Below are positions 63,250 to 64,000 of a stretch of 64,000 nucleotides of DNA, in pieces (positions within the stretch are counted from its first letter, which is position 1; every line of letters begins with the position of its first letter). The position numbers and the translations under genes are program-made. The DNA comes from Octopus sinensis. Lineage: Eukaryota. The stretch spans positions 41,540,001-41,604,000 of the forward strand of contig NC_043002.1 of NCBI RefSeq assembly GCF_006345805.1. The letters run 5' to 3'. Below the pieces are notes generated by a model. It saw only the letters and a list, made by a program, of their open reading frames with translations. It made no database searches and was not told the origin of the DNA.

Positions 63250-64000
63250 TTCAGCATATTTACAGTTGCTCGAACACATACCTCAAATTGCTTTTTTACA
63301 TTTGCGCAATGAAAATTTTGTGTGGGGAACCTTTTCACATGAAGACTGGAAACTTACTTTGCAAAAGGTTTTGTAGTCAAAATTGAGATGGGTTTCATAT
63401 CTTTCTCAGTGTATCTGTGAATACATGGATCTTGCTCAGAGTCATTGACTCAAGAACTGTGTTCCAAATGTATGCCTTTTTGGAAAAGCTGCTTTAAGGC
63501 ATCACTTGTTAGGGGTATTCTCTCCATTTATTCAACTTCTAAAGATTGACATTGGCATCATCAGTGCAAAATTCCTTGGTATATAGGCTAAAGACAAACT
63601 GTATAACACATGTTTTTGGTTGTGGTGATATATACAGAGTGTCAGTAGTAGCTACAGATTCTTCAAATTCTTTAATAAGATGTATATTTCTGTCTCTCAT
63701 TGTAAAATTGTATCATTTACTCTTAAGCTTGAAAGCTGATATGCTGTGTTATCCAGAGAAAGCATGAAAGAGATTCATTGCTTTACAGGTTGTCTTAAAT
63801 ATGTGACAATGTGATTAAGAAAGGTCAGTTTGGTTTCTTCCAGTTTTGGATGAAATCCAAATTTCTTTTTCTGAGTGACGATCTGGTGTAATTCATTCAG
63901 AAATGTTACATCATCTGAGTCTTTGATGTGAACCATACCAAGAGATGAATATTAGAAGACTTGAAGAACATGATTACATTGTTTGGTTGGAGTGCCATTT
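63250..64000 (-). pseudogene. Academ-type DNA transposon relic (XPG-like domain and C-terminal Cys finger)
   Basis: VHIKDSDDVTFL; FHAFSG*HSISAFKLKSK (cf. FHAFTGCDTVSAF.GKGK); FVFSLYTKEFCTDDAN; IPLTSDALKQ; KCKKAI*GMCSSNCK; frameshifts and stops; runs off the window end. Confidence 0.7.

Overview
AT-rich, repeat-saturated eukaryotic DNA. It is most likely an intron or intergenic stretch of an octopod cephalopod (Octopus-like) genome; this is inferred from recalled SINE/MITE sequences and dense (TA)n/(CA)n/(ATT)n tracts, not from a database search. No long ORF or recognisable host protein is present, and most ORF-track entries are microsatellite or repeat translations. The window holds dozens of tRNA-headed SINEs (working names A, B, E, F, H, I), 5'-truncated RTE-clade LINE ends, mariner, hAT, piggyBac-type and Chapaev3-type DNA elements, a Helentron-like insert, a decayed Penelope-like RT split by nested insertions, and a decayed Academ-type transposase. 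The most notable signal is a set of type I hammerhead-ribozyme motifs: a solo motif with a complete core at 42760-42806 (-), a tandem pair of minimal hammerheads at 31.8-32.1 kb, and a tRNA-headed SINE (two copies) whose 3' half is a Penelope-type hammerhead tail, i.e. a candidate SINE/retrozyme chimera. A few splice-site-bounded candidate exons are reported at low confidence. All coordinates were read by hand; repeat boundaries are approximate unless TSDs or TIRs are quoted.
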